DNA of 64,000 nt from a virus, in IMG/VR virus record IMGVR_UViG_3300020477_000001, positions 1 through 64,000 of that record, one strand, 5' to 3'. Every line of letters starts with the position of its first letter. Position 1 is the stretch's first letter. A model generated the notes under the pieces. The model had not been told where the DNA came from. It made no database searches and saw nothing but the letters and a program-made list of their open reading frames with translations. This document shows positions 23,501-30,535 of this stretch, piece by piece. Both the position numbers and the translations under genes were made by a program.

Positions 23501-25973
23501 TACTTCTAGCTCTGTAGATTCTAGCGTGGTCGGTGGAATTGCTTCTCACATTATGGCTCAAAATGAAGCTGCGGCTAGAGAAGGCAAAGGCAATGAAGCT
23601 ATAACTATGTTACAAGCCTCTGGCGGCTTAGGAAAAGAGAAGCACAGAATAGCTGAATTAGCTGGATCAAGAGAAAGAGCAGTTAAAGAGTCTGGAGAAA
23701 GAGCTAGGCAAAGGGCTGAAGCCGAGTTGGGTGGCGAAGGTGGAATGAAAGATCAATTCGCCAATTTATTAGAAGTAGGAAGATTGTCAACTGGGCTCAG
23801 TGCAGACATAAGAAGTGGTAAAGGTGCGTTTACATTGGCTAGACCAGATTACGACGATAATCAAATGAAGCTTAGTGACCTTAAGAAATGGCTAGAAACA
23901 AATAAAGATATGAGGCCAGAAGATAGAGTTAAGGGAATGAGGCAGATTGATAAAGCTCAAGCGATGGGAATCACAACTCTTGGCGGGTTAAGAGGAAAAG
24001 AGAAGGAACTAGCCCGACAAATAGAATTCAAGAAAACTAAAATCGCAGAAGAAGAACTAGCCAAATCATTATCTGCTGCTGGGATAAACATTGAAGAGTT
24101 TACCAAAAAAATGGGAATAGACCTTGGTCAACTTGCCTTAGACTTAACCAACGACGCAGATATCGGTCAAGGAGCATTAGACAAGCTAGGCGCAGCGGTA
24201 GCTACAGAAGTGACGGCTCAAGAAACTGCCAAGGTAGGCAAAGAAAGAATTGAGCAATTTAAAGAACAATCTGCTGGTGGCAAATTCTCTGTCTTGGATG
24301 ACATGACAAAGAGAATAGAAGAGCTCAGAGGTAAGGAGTCTCTTACTAAAGAAGAAACCGCAGAATTACAAAACCTACAAGCAGGAAAAACAGCAAGACT
24401 TGCTAACATTAGACAAATACAGGGAACTCAAGGTGACGCAGCAGCAGCCGAATATGTAACTCTTCTAGAGCGGCTAGATCAGATGAATCAACGCAAAGCG
24501 GACCTACAATCTCAAGGTATAAGCACTGATAATGTTCAACAAGTTATAGATTCTATAACAACAGGTCTATCTGCTTACGGTTTCGGAAATGAAGCAACGC
24601 AGAAAAAAGACGATCTTGAGAAAATGCAAATAGCCGCAATGACGGCTGGAGGAAAATCTGGCGCTGCCAATACAATAACCCAAAATAACAAAGAACTAAG
24701 TGGCCTCAATGAGGAATTGAGGGACTTAGAGCTATCGGCAGCTAGCGATGATAGTGAAGAGAATTTAGATCGTGTAAAGAAAAGAAGAGATGAGTTAATG
24801 GCTCGAAAGGCTCAAATAGAAGAAGAAAACAAGAGCATTAAAGCCGAAACCTTAGCTGATCCGAAAGTTTATGCCGCCTTCCAAGAAGTAGCCGCAAAAG
24901 ATCAAGGAAGAGCAAGTAGAGACGTAGATGGACTTGATGCTGCTCAAAGAGCTAAGGTGCTATCTGGGTTCCGTGGGCGCACTGATCATGGTGGTAAAGA
25001 CCAGAGCATGTACGGCGAAGAAGACCCAATGGGCGTATTAGGAAAAGAAAAGAGCGTCACCCCTGTATTTGTTGTTAATTGGCCACAGGCAGGAATTGGT
25101 CAAGGCGCAATGGGCGGCGATTTACCGCCTGTTGTTAAAGCATTGCAAGCATCTATGGGCGACCAAGTTGCAAATACCTTCCACAGGCGTGGTCAATCTC
25201 TCGGCGCTTCTGGTGGTGCTTTTGGTTATGGCGGAATAGGTGGAGCAGCAACGAATCAAAGCGCAATTCAGAGATTTGTCACCCGTGGTCAAATGGGGGA
25301 CACGATGTCTTCCGCGATGTCTAACGCTGGTTATCGTCAGTCTATAGCTCAACAAATGGGCGCATTTAGCCCACTTGGAGGAGCCAGAACAGTTGGCGCT
25401 GGTGGGCCGATGACGAGCATAGAAAGTATGCCTCAAGCTGGCGGAAAAGATGTACCTTTGAGGATTGACGGAATCTTTAGTTTAAACGAAAATATATTAA
25501 AATTAAACGAGAGCATAAGAGCGGCATTCTTGGGAGAAACAGCAGGACCGGACGCGAAAACAACCCCAGATGAAGCCGCAGTCGAAGCCGCAGCAGAGAC
25601 GGTTGCAGCAGAAGCAGCAGAAGTAGACACTTCCGGTATAACAGAAAGTATCGAAGCATTGAAAACTGTATTAACTGAATCGAACGAGTCTCTCAGTAGT
25701 GCTTTCACTGAAAATACTGCTCTTCAGTACGAACAGTTTGCAGCGTTTGTAAGTGCTCTAGGTGGTCTAGTTTCTCAGTTGAGCAAGGGAGCTACTCTTG
25801 ACATCAACCACGCAATTACTCATGCTGGTTCTATAGATACCAATGTGATTGGTGGAGCTCAGTTCGATGCTTTGCAGGATGGATTGGGGCAAGTAGCTGG
25901 CGAAGTGGGGGTTAATCTAAACCCGACAAATGGAGGCCCAACGCCTCCTGCTGGGGGCACTCAACCAGCTTAA
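11595..25973 (+). CDS. Tape measure protein (4792 aa) with internal GxxPNF-delimited modules
   Basis: The N-terminus has TP901-family TMP core motifs (AATELARQG, GAVIGNSFKTIFTRI, LKQLEELGI). Long Ala/Glu/Lys-rich helical regions; lies after the tail tube and chaperones. Confidence 0.9.
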   Translation: MARDIVLSIDGDTRPLVRRLNKDISRASRSASFEMNDKNFSQPLGRITGQLGEFDRALDASNARVLAFAASAGVLLVVQKGFQAVFSSMVNVEKKLADINVLFGASEKSLAKFGNSLFGVASETAQGFDEVAVAATELARQGLSAEETLKRTRDALILVRLTGMDAAEAVQAVTAALNSFSRAAIDSTEYVSKLAAVDAAFAVGSDDLAAAVSRVGSSAQEAGVSLDQLIAIVTAAQQITARGGAVIGNSFKTIFTRIQRPRVLKQLEELGIRTQDLGGKIRPALTILKELAQTYDLLAQSQQAQIAELIGGVFQVNVLKASLRDLGKEFSLYNNALNISNNATDEAIRRNEELNKTVSASLNQVVQNFTKFGAQAGKAILGPLTKNVSTGINAVIGEFSLDRAEKNIEDDSRSLGNKIVSGIFKGVGKFLGTGGIIIGIKILFNTFREFTRYAIDGVKKLGAIGGQTRDQIELQGQVTRELEKQPELLRQLVNGEIDAKEAADKLYSSLKQNTQELKIQKDLVESFAYAMSAKGVRIAPTTAGATTIDPASVANVGFVPNFTSTKDSIAAAVELSSASYANSSTKAIKTNIDGIGSVMTNSKEKIVKHPSFKQPFVNPPITSPEGRAHKRRSIDKTGVDPYKHAFGGFIPNFALDPEKIVGKLDKKSGKRGKTLRDQVASVKRDAGQYLDAKQKMDLFYEKKETTGFKSLNDAAGALGVGDRFFETSKYGRYRLAALVDKFGGGDVNNLPQVIRNHADDLKNIKAKDQEAQSSGKEFEQRLASKLNYELVANEPIDFGKGIGNPNGIRSTIGMEDTYAYADAIDSRRGHEEGLYLDKVLRWQRQQEGTPVNATSILGNFLKGEQLHKFGNLSPVEVIGVNSEAENVGGRYGVENEREFFPWIDSTSRSKGASQETREEFKKANEGGVPLLESVREAATEGQIRSPRISWSYDRDNVSTKALGMSGGHIPNFEAIAAAQPLPSVPIESNPNWIKLKEKIDDGIAKYGFGDMRANLIEDSRVSIDGINSFLNNGTLAPTKEDSQKKMQDASYKGLYNFVNSDVPSQKRIDSLIKDARENKETVDRRLLDISTEDVNKETFFETLKTLAGSLMMTYGLPVLIAKAAKTYPAAAVALAAAKTPVGIATGVLSGVGLASLAFWKEGKAKNEAVELSNGLEGSLGGIEDYNTEHNNLRKEAIVKASLVSKPTELHRGTLYSYGDVSSRLSENTKAWPEGVSIGEQDGFPIWSAANTMFYKGKDNTVRHETLDNLGGSSKDSEENLAGWPRLNINEINKAAGLAKMRGITAAKNSFFADHKRENINKINGPADSAYVKGFIDNIKGIRNEINKRLEDNLDVNSWTRPDHIVSSKGYIPNFETLDERGLPPLPTNKEMEVARSLKKAFKNKQIVKHPTIGPRGKHYVAMGLGSRAPRYGGGVDNRTIPYTIISASAETAEETGYLSADYNKGGGFLTPFFDGIMNYNNRNIDQSVTRGSGLARFSMLQKFAREKGASIDSESIVTNPNLLKNVEYKHKYGTRDELINPDDKYASLREEKEELSEKIRELRGQYLKNRDGDEELNEPSGIGYASLPDNNPFRGLERDFPASQPSEKQKKLLKQIQKLEGSRSEIKDEKRQRIAELIEENFKNTQADKRSAWAKLIEIIPQLKYRMGKAGGEGVITQGEFYSSLPKNETLPSILDPYEFKSLNDLRNFVYNIVQKHGASEFNKHIVGLVDDNNDGKFDAGTIPPNLAALGKSLGVSELKTIPIENLPAGYFGGKPHQDDSNVPFNSKGFVPNFVKFNPSNPPALRKPAIALKLKNKEIHYDPDSLMHYQAAENLNILPEEILEHGFINKGKYESSFFSDFEKIADRQKAGIGEFADASEALGIPRGEPLPRGGIVTADQMRAPAIDRSSLPRGHAPMRGPSRPMRYGGFVPNFLKIPKATSEKGGGSLHVMLAEMLQSNAGKVVEAVSKTPKLFNKFKNSIKLREFGEQDTYGGITASEGLVPNFLNIPKPTSEKGGGKLVDMILDTPELLMKFKDFVRNNMRETLEAFDKWTDTPSELAQKYIDGNLYRGYIPNFSSALGDAINREKSAGISSSSIRVDSDPSLKTKQNPMGLGVYNTKQETSLKQGIKFSKQAGIDPKTKGAFRGHIPNFAADRAPAGGLEFQGKEYKGGQFMPEGSVDTALLTSINNALKGTLDKAKEMTSSMSQAVSGIEGLQKASSQMADSMSEAVSGIESLHQTSTQMADSMGDAVAHLDDLGNGIMGLQNIQSQQLTAAQEGLKQAKNQSINQYVTAVKTSEIAASMQAQADLAQQQEDERQRGLQLEKDRNKRIAANVKDAGTTALNILSTGFEGAAPAGAPEIGIKKLGEDSDVKTSLGDRLKTDLGAFKIEEKHDVDQSAAAQEAYDRLSAAVRAASQAAEQETKKIEGLVPKDLQGKFQEFGSLTDDAQKAIAASANNMTVAEFENETEDEQQKLKDALAASVNHVNKFNANQETYNDAISDAEKQLKAANLTKVDRVEIDPAKLAQKQEAGTISVDELKDAQAAVSRQLRQMDSDIADYRRTLDEGTTFTPEGDKLQSQAAMDAEAKIKELNDSREELADKLKQISKTTSEATLKDLEASSAQVKEALDKLGKNASSMDFTDLIQRETKDKNRERAIAGKGKGIGTENVSLGGIFGALGKKFTQQADASDDVQQKMFFMSSAISTVSGMFDSFGEEGAALNKGISGMTDGVNTATGIISTLPGPWGKAVGIVAGVGVALNGVAKAISSNKLDVAGLKKKADQAGEKFTELSNNITAYASAFSELQSAAADMNTPADQIIRLNKKLEDLIASVPPKFAADLAAITDPADLQAKVAEIIAGEQKKTKSIEFAASSAERMDANAGISNLYGFASPVAQFDGKEGAVNLERAAGDLSQLIDFEKLQNGLGKASTAMEKDATERLLSANSASEMANAMKQGFGATEELANSIRQMNQGDLQILRKRLVDMANAARRAREAMEKVAAERAKVSTDLEIPKLQLAIQAATINVEQEEQMLGTAGGGIEGFKDPQSLNAAFDSFTAALGQLTAQTTSPGAQGAATGQGRAVLGLVEGLRDIAGIIPTVDDSGQMTSEFKDFRDTVAAGIEESIREQTKAQLKQAQAQMAVATDSDDIRQLESVIGLLQNRLSDADFISQAAMKQADEAIGTVGVEVKTIQIPAEGSTRIGETIGTTMEGFGVTGAKADQTLIDANDEIAYQLQRMQKREAELEKKKKAGTLTDDEKQEQADLATAIKSLTDIGTVTKDTTAGQLQSLQVVDAATGEIGDLFKGDRMQVGGDLTPAQKALMRKQDELRIATDKLAEATRDAAAKVKEEQEKEVAREGGRNLLQGMTQTQQFVTGAGTDSLFGGAETQAELDQGGFVARAIQEQAGNLGILNWTEMGGLTKADRGEAASEFIMGEREVGDTGVKSMEGLVEAMRVVSQKAEESAGRELGVGDLQSLAFGNLDFEGDLTQEGVRDAMMEALKTEMNIKDEQAAELLDHIFKVFKNDKNGANTNQLLKSILASTNKDEFQKMDKMAEKAVQPGSIYTNDQKGREELQKLREMMAKNFGQSQEDVEKAKATVEKERQENAVKIPFTNMALPNISDLSAGNMAAGAVTATGAGIAGYKGTKFVAQAGKDALGAGRQAAMRGMGSEKVWFGDERGQKRGTFREEYKKRREARKKKPAADAPDPKATDTPEPKSTKPKAGADKIDDLRGKGPRPTPSTTGTAAIDDATRTATTTAETPKSKPKIERRLAGSKPAPTTAPKKPAIRINRPFIEGYGGQQIDPVTKKPNVAGAVDDVAEAGTKAATKTTTATKGVAKGTEAAAKSASKLTTALKVAGKAAVVVDAALVGWDAYKVTEALATGNFDEYAQAYEDANKNAGILTRSLNGMSSPITAVATDIKIVSDTFSAYSDAAQLAADANKKMGEQIGKSSENIMNFGKQALNVTSSSVDSSVVGGIASHIMAQNEAAAREGKGNEAITMLQASGGLGKEKHRIAELAGSRERAVKESGERARQRAEAELGGEGGMKDQFANLLEVGRLSTGLSADIRSGKGAFTLARPDYDDNQMKLSDLKKWLETNKDMRPEDRVKGMRQIDKAQAMGITTLGGLRGKEKELARQIEFKKTKIAEEELAKSLSAAGINIEEFTKKMGIDLGQLALDLTNDADIGQGALDKLGAAVATEVTAQETAKVGKERIEQFKEQSAGGKFSVLDDMTKRIEELRGKESLTKEETAELQNLQAGKTARLANIRQIQGTQGDAAAAEYVTLLERLDQMNQRKADLQSQGISTDNVQQVIDSITTGLSAYGFGNEATQKKDDLEKMQIAAMTAGGKSGAANTITQNNKELSGLNEELRDLELSAASDDSEENLDRVKKRRDELMARKAQIEEENKSIKAETLADPKVYAAFQEVAAKDQGRASRDVDGLDAAQRAKVLSGFRGRTDHGGKDQSMYGEEDPMGVLGKEKSVTPVFVVNWPQAGIGQGAMGGDLPPVVKALQASMGDQVANTFHRRGQSLGASGGAFGYGGIGGAATNQSAIQRFVTRGQMGDTMSSAMSNAGYRQSIAQQMGAFSPLGGARTVGAGGPMTSIESMPQAGGKDVPLRIDGIFSLNENILKLNESIRAAFLGETAGPDAKTTPDEAAVEAAAETVAAEAAEVDTSGITESIEALKTVLTESNESLSSAFTENTALQYEQFAAFVSALGGLVSQLSKGATLDINHAITHAGSIDTNVIGGAQFDALQDGLGQVAGEVGVNLNPTNGGPTPPAGGTQPA
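13263..18053 (+). repeat. Nine dispersed G-[FYHL]-[IV]-P-N-F peptide motifs within the TMP
   Basis: Motif starts at 13263, 13536, 14493, 15699, 16959, 17379, 17595, 17808 and 18036 (aa 557, 648, 967, 1369, 1789, 1929, 2001, 2072, 2148). Confidence 0.95.
18210..18355 (+). repeat. 63-bp (21-aa) tandem repeat in the TMP
   Basis: MSQAVSGIEGLQKASSQMADS / MSEAVSGIESLHQTSTQMADS / MGDAV; gctgtttctggaatcga and caaatggctgactctatg recur 63 bp apart. Confidence 0.85.
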
Positions 25974-26005
25974 TAAGGTATAATGGAAAAGGAATAAGTT
26001 GAATA

Positions 26006-28618
26006 ATGGGATTAAGTTTCGAAAACGCAAGTTTACTATCATGTAGCTATCAGAACAATATTCAAGCTGAGTATTTTGTTTTAAATAGGACTAATAGTTT
26101 TACTGTGAAGGGTTATCTCAATACCGGAGATAATCCAGACGCTTATGGTGTATCCGAAACTTACTCTAAGCTCAACGACTTCCTTAATAATGGTCATGAT
26201 TTTTGGGAAGACAACATCCAGATTAATGGAATTGATTTCGGCAAAGGTCGAGTAACTTCAATAGCTTTTAATAGACCAAATCCCGTTCTTATTGACGAAT
26301 ATGAGGTCAATATAGAAGTATACGATAGTGGCTCTCTCTGGGATGATTATGTTGCAGTAAGGGGTAATTATGGTGTCCACGGTCAGTATAGTGGCTATGT
26401 GCAAGCGTTTAGTGGTAACGCCGAGCTATCAAAATACATAACAAGTTTTTCAGACACTATTTCAATGTCTAAAAACGAACAAGGAGGTTTTGATGCTTCT
26501 CATAATGTTTCTTTTCAGTTAGTGTCTGGAGATTTTGATAATATAACTGTAGACGCTGGAGGCGCTGAAGACCCACTGGAAAGGTCTGCTCAGATAATGA
26601 GGGACAGAAACAACAATGGTTCTGATCTTCATGCTTTGAAATTAATAAGAGGCGTAGTTCCATATCTTTTACAAGAAGTACCTTTTCTCTTTCGAGGTTA
26701 CGATGACGAACAGGCTCAATACTCAACAGACACGCCTAATAATTCTTTGTTTAATGATTGGTTTACCGCCTACAAAAGTCATGTACAAGATGCAACCCCT
26801 AAGCACACATCTTCTGAACACCCAAGAGATGAAGAAGCAAGTTTCATTGGGAACTATTTGTCGGACTCTTACAAATTTCAGAAAAAAGCTTACTACGAAG
26901 AAACAATTGATTTATTAAATTTAAAATTTGATTTTGCTAAGAAGTACACAACTCTTGGCGCTGACGAAGGATTTCATTCCAATTCTTTTAATCATACATT
27001 AGCTCAAGACGAGATGGGTAATGTCACTGTAACTGAAAATGGTCAAATTAAATTAAACGTTTATGATCATGACCCGTCATCGGTATCAGAGCTAGAACTA
27101 GCTTACAGAAATGTAATGGGGGCTCAAAATCAAGCTGAAAATTCACCTTTTGGTAGATGTTATAAAGTTTTTTATCGGGCTTTAGGTCTTGGGCCTACGA
27201 CTCTGCCAACCAACCCGATTATGCCTCCAAGCAGTGATCAAGATGGTGATGTGGCTTCTCCAGAGGAGCTTACTTATTACTTTACGTTGGATGACGGCAC
27301 TAAAGTAGGAGACGAAGACATAACTGCGATCCAAGACGGCTGGTTCACAGTGCCTAACGGCTATAGTGGCTATTTCTTGAATGATCAACCAATAAATATT
27401 AGCAAAACAGTAGATAGTGGCGTAGGTACAATAAATTACAGTATAAGCTTCAGCAATAATCCGTCCTTGAGGCATGGCCCAGAATATGACTATAAGCATA
27501 CTTACAGTCAATCAATTTCAGTTGGAGATGATGGTATAACAACAATTTCTGAAAACGGAACTATAACCCCGTTCCAGAGTAAAAAATATATAAAAGACAA
27601 TTTTGAAAATCATTTAAGTAATGGAGTGTACGGCTCCTCTAGGGAATTCTCTAGACCCCACCTAACGGGATTCATGTATTACTCTGGGATAATATCCGAA
27701 ATCAATGATAGGTCGAATCACCTGCATTTAGGCCATATGTACGATAAGTCTTCTTTTGGTTTGTCCACTGAGGTATCAACTTTTATCTTAGATGGAACTC
27801 TCTACAATCACCAAGAAGGCTTTTTAATGACGAAGAGAGCAATAGATGCTCCTATTCGCAACTTTGACAATAATACAGACAAGAAGCCTAACTTAAACTT
27901 AGTTAGTAGAAGTTATAGCTTTAATCAGTGGGGTGGCGTCAATTATACTCATAATTTCTCTAGTGACCCTACAATACTTAACCTTGCCGACTCTAGAAAT
28001 GTTGGAATTAAAAAGTTGGATGTCTCAGTAAGTGACACAGCGCCTGTTTTGATGACTAATAGTTATTTAATACCGAACAAAGGCGAATTAACTCATTACG
28101 GTGGTATGGAGCAAACTCAGTTAGGCTCAAGAAAGGTTACTCTAAGCGCGGTAAAAAGAAGAACCAATGATAGCGATTTAGCAAATCTAGCTAACCTTCC
28201 CGATATAGACAATGAAATAAGCTACGTGGTAGAAGAAGGAGTTAGCGAGTTGAGCAACCTGCCTTACACTGCTTATCAAAGTTTAAGTTTAAAAGATGGT
28301 TGGATAAATGAATTGACTTACAATTTCAATTCACAAGGAGATATACAAGCAAACATCGGAATGCAGTTCTCTGCCGTAAGAAATCGTCAAGATATAAGAA
28401 AAGTAGATATAACGTTAGATAAATTAACCTACAATTCCACGCCAACAACTGGAACAAGCGTTGTTAGCGTTCCCGTGAATTCTAAACTGCTTGGTGTTCA
28501 AGGAAGCGCACAATCTTATAGCGATGGCATGAACTTGTTATCAACGAATTCAATAACTGGCTCTGGCTCGTATATGTCTAAAACAATGCCATCTGCATGG
28601 AGTGGTTACACATCATGA
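26006..28618 (+). CDS. Putative distal tail/baseplate protein
   Basis: First gene after the TMP; repeated beta-rich units (VTVTENGQI / TTISENGTI, SHNVSF). Confidence 0.5.
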   Translation: MGLSFENASLLSCSYQNNIQAEYFVLNRTNSFTVKGYLNTGDNPDAYGVSETYSKLNDFLNNGHDFWEDNIQINGIDFGKGRVTSIAFNRPNPVLIDEYEVNIEVYDSGSLWDDYVAVRGNYGVHGQYSGYVQAFSGNAELSKYITSFSDTISMSKNEQGGFDASHNVSFQLVSGDFDNITVDAGGAEDPLERSAQIMRDRNNNGSDLHALKLIRGVVPYLLQEVPFLFRGYDDEQAQYSTDTPNNSLFNDWFTAYKSHVQDATPKHTSSEHPRDEEASFIGNYLSDSYKFQKKAYYEETIDLLNLKFDFAKKYTTLGADEGFHSNSFNHTLAQDEMGNVTVTENGQIKLNVYDHDPSSVSELELAYRNVMGAQNQAENSPFGRCYKVFYRALGLGPTTLPTNPIMPPSSDQDGDVASPEELTYYFTLDDGTKVGDEDITAIQDGWFTVPNGYSGYFLNDQPINISKTVDSGVGTINYSISFSNNPSLRHGPEYDYKHTYSQSISVGDDGITTISENGTITPFQSKKYIKDNFENHLSNGVYGSSREFSRPHLTGFMYYSGIISEINDRSNHLHLGHMYDKSSFGLSTEVSTFILDGTLYNHQEGFLMTKRAIDAPIRNFDNNTDKKPNLNLVSRSYSFNQWGGVNYTHNFSSDPTILNLADSRNVGIKKLDVSVSDTAPVLMTNSYLIPNKGELTHYGGMEQTQLGSRKVTLSAVKRRTNDSDLANLANLPDIDNEISYVVEEGVSELSNLPYTAYQSLSLKDGWINELTYNFNSQGDIQANIGMQFSAVRNRQDIRKVDITLDKLTYNSTPTTGTSVVSVPVNSKLLGVQGSAQSYSDGMNLLSTNSITGSGSYMSKTMPSAWSGYTS

Positions 28619-30534
28619 GGAGTGGAGTAGAAATACATTTTGCTAGCGGCCTTAATGTAGGTCCAAGTTACTATGGACATGGAGAAGTAGACGCCTTCTA
28701 TCTATGGACTGGTGACTACCCAGTGTCTGCCCAACCTCTACCGACTGTAAGCGTTTCTCAAGACTCAATACATCAAGCCAAAAGGATTGGCGCAACTACA
28801 AAAATATCCCTACAAGGGCAGATTACAGGAGATAGCACTGGCGACTTTAAGCAATTAATAAATTATCAAAGAGCATTAAGAGATAGGTTCTCTAGAAGCT
28901 TCGCTCCTTTCCACATAAAAGAAGAAGGAGAAATAATTTTCTCTAGAAGTAATGCTTGGGTTGATTCGATTACTTTTTCTGAGTCTAACTACAGTAGATT
29001 AATTGACTACACAATAAGCCTAAATGCCCACGATATCAATAACTGGTCTGGGTATCCCGGTGATGATCAAACTGAAAATCATGTGGTTGACCTAGAAGAT
29101 TCATGGTCTTTTTCCGACTCTGAAGATGGAACAGCTTCTATCAGTCATAACGTGTCCGCCAGAGGTCTTCATGAGCATTATAGTACCCGTGGCGGACTAC
29201 TTAATCCTGTCGTTCATGCAGAAAACTGGGTGAAAACCAGAACTGGCTCGGCTAATATGCCTCAACCATTCCTAGTGGGCGACGGTAAAACCGCGTATCC
29301 AGTTCTGCTTTCCAATTCTCATAACATTGATAAGGCAGCGGGTACTGTAAGCGCTACTGAAACATATGGATATAATACTGGCGCTTTACAATTAGAGCCC
29401 ATAATGACTCACAGTATGTCTATAGAATCTGGAATTGAGTCTGATTTTGTGACAGTCTCCTATGATGCTACTCTAAAGGGTGGTCAGTCTATCCGGTTGG
29501 ATGATATATATGCAAGCGAAAGTCATATGAGGTACGTTGATAATGCCCATACGTACATCATTGGTGAAACTCAAGTAAATGATTTAAACCCTCGCCCGAT
29601 ATCTTTTAATTACTCAGAGAACAGCGGCGAAAACTCTATAACATATTCCGCTACATATGATAATAATAATCTTTACGATAATTCAATAAGTCAGATAACT
29701 AGCGCTAACAACACAGCGCCTATGTCTTTGGCTTATTGGGACTACACTGTAAGTTTCGAAACTGACGAGATAAGAAACGTTACTACGGTTTCTCTGGACG
29801 GTTCAATTAAAACTAGAGGTAGCGCTTTAAGGGAGAATCAAATCGCCGCACAACTCTTCATAAAAGGGCTAGAGCAAGATGGGTATGCTTATAAAATCGC
29901 TAATGACTGCTATTATGATTTACTGAGTACTCATCCATCAAAAAATTCTAATGATGATATATTAGAGCATAATTATTTCAAAGCTGGATTACATAAAGTT
30001 CCCGTTAGTTTCTCTGTAAATAAAAATCATTTCAGTAATGAGTTTAGTGTTTCTTGTTCTTTTTCAGACGAGAGAATAAACAACATTTCTATTGGTGGAG
30101 GAGAGGGAAGAAGTCTATCTTACTCGGTTGACATAACCCCATCTATTAATCAGTTCAAACCAAAGCCATCTTGTAATCAAAATGGACACTATGTTGTTTG
30201 GGATACAAGCGCTGGGTTAAATGAACAAGTTACGTTAAATATAGATTATCAAGGCGCGGGAGTAGATAACGTTGATCCTGTTTCCGTGATGAATACTAAT
30301 ATTGATTACGCTTATTTTACTTTGGCGAATAAATTTTATAATCAAAATGATCTTACTTCAATGAATGTGGTGAGCGAAAGTCAAAACTCAAACGAAAAGC
30401 TTTTAACTGCTTCGTATAACTCAACCATCAAGCAGAAGCCATATAATGTAAGCCTAAATGTTAGTAGTCAATTTTTATTTGGAAAATATCATGACATTAA
30501 TGGATTAACATATAATTTGAGTCCTAATCAGTAA
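28615..30534 (+). CDS. Putative baseplate/tail-tip protein, likely paralogous to the upstream gene
   Basis: An ATGA overlap at 28615-28618 gives the likely start. Shares SHNVS, GTINYS/NSITYS and PINIS/PISFN-type units with 26006-28618. Confidence 0.5.
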   Translation: MRSGVEIHFASGLNVGPSYYGHGEVDAFYLWTGDYPVSAQPLPTVSVSQDSIHQAKRIGATTKISLQGQITGDSTGDFKQLINYQRALRDRFSRSFAPFHIKEEGEIIFSRSNAWVDSITFSESNYSRLIDYTISLNAHDINNWSGYPGDDQTENHVVDLEDSWSFSDSEDGTASISHNVSARGLHEHYSTRGGLLNPVVHAENWVKTRTGSANMPQPFLVGDGKTAYPVLLSNSHNIDKAAGTVSATETYGYNTGALQLEPIMTHSMSIESGIESDFVTVSYDATLKGGQSIRLDDIYASESHMRYVDNAHTYIIGETQVNDLNPRPISFNYSENSGENSITYSATYDNNNLYDNSISQITSANNTAPMSLAYWDYTVSFETDEIRNVTTVSLDGSIKTRGSALRENQIAAQLFIKGLEQDGYAYKIANDCYYDLLSTHPSKNSNDDILEHNYFKAGLHKVPVSFSVNKNHFSNEFSVSCSFSDERINNISIGGGEGRSLSYSVDITPSINQFKPKPSCNQNGHYVVWDTSAGLNEQVTLNIDYQGAGVDNVDPVSVMNTNIDYAYFTLANKFYNQNDLTSMNVVSESQNSNEKLLTASYNSTIKQKPYNVSLNVSSQFLFGKYHDINGLTYNLSPNQ

Positions 30535-30535
30535 A

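Noticed and set aside
11790-25708. Numerous short antisense ORFs inside the TMP
   Set aside because: They have no recognisable motifs or start signals and are expected opposite a long biased coding sequence.
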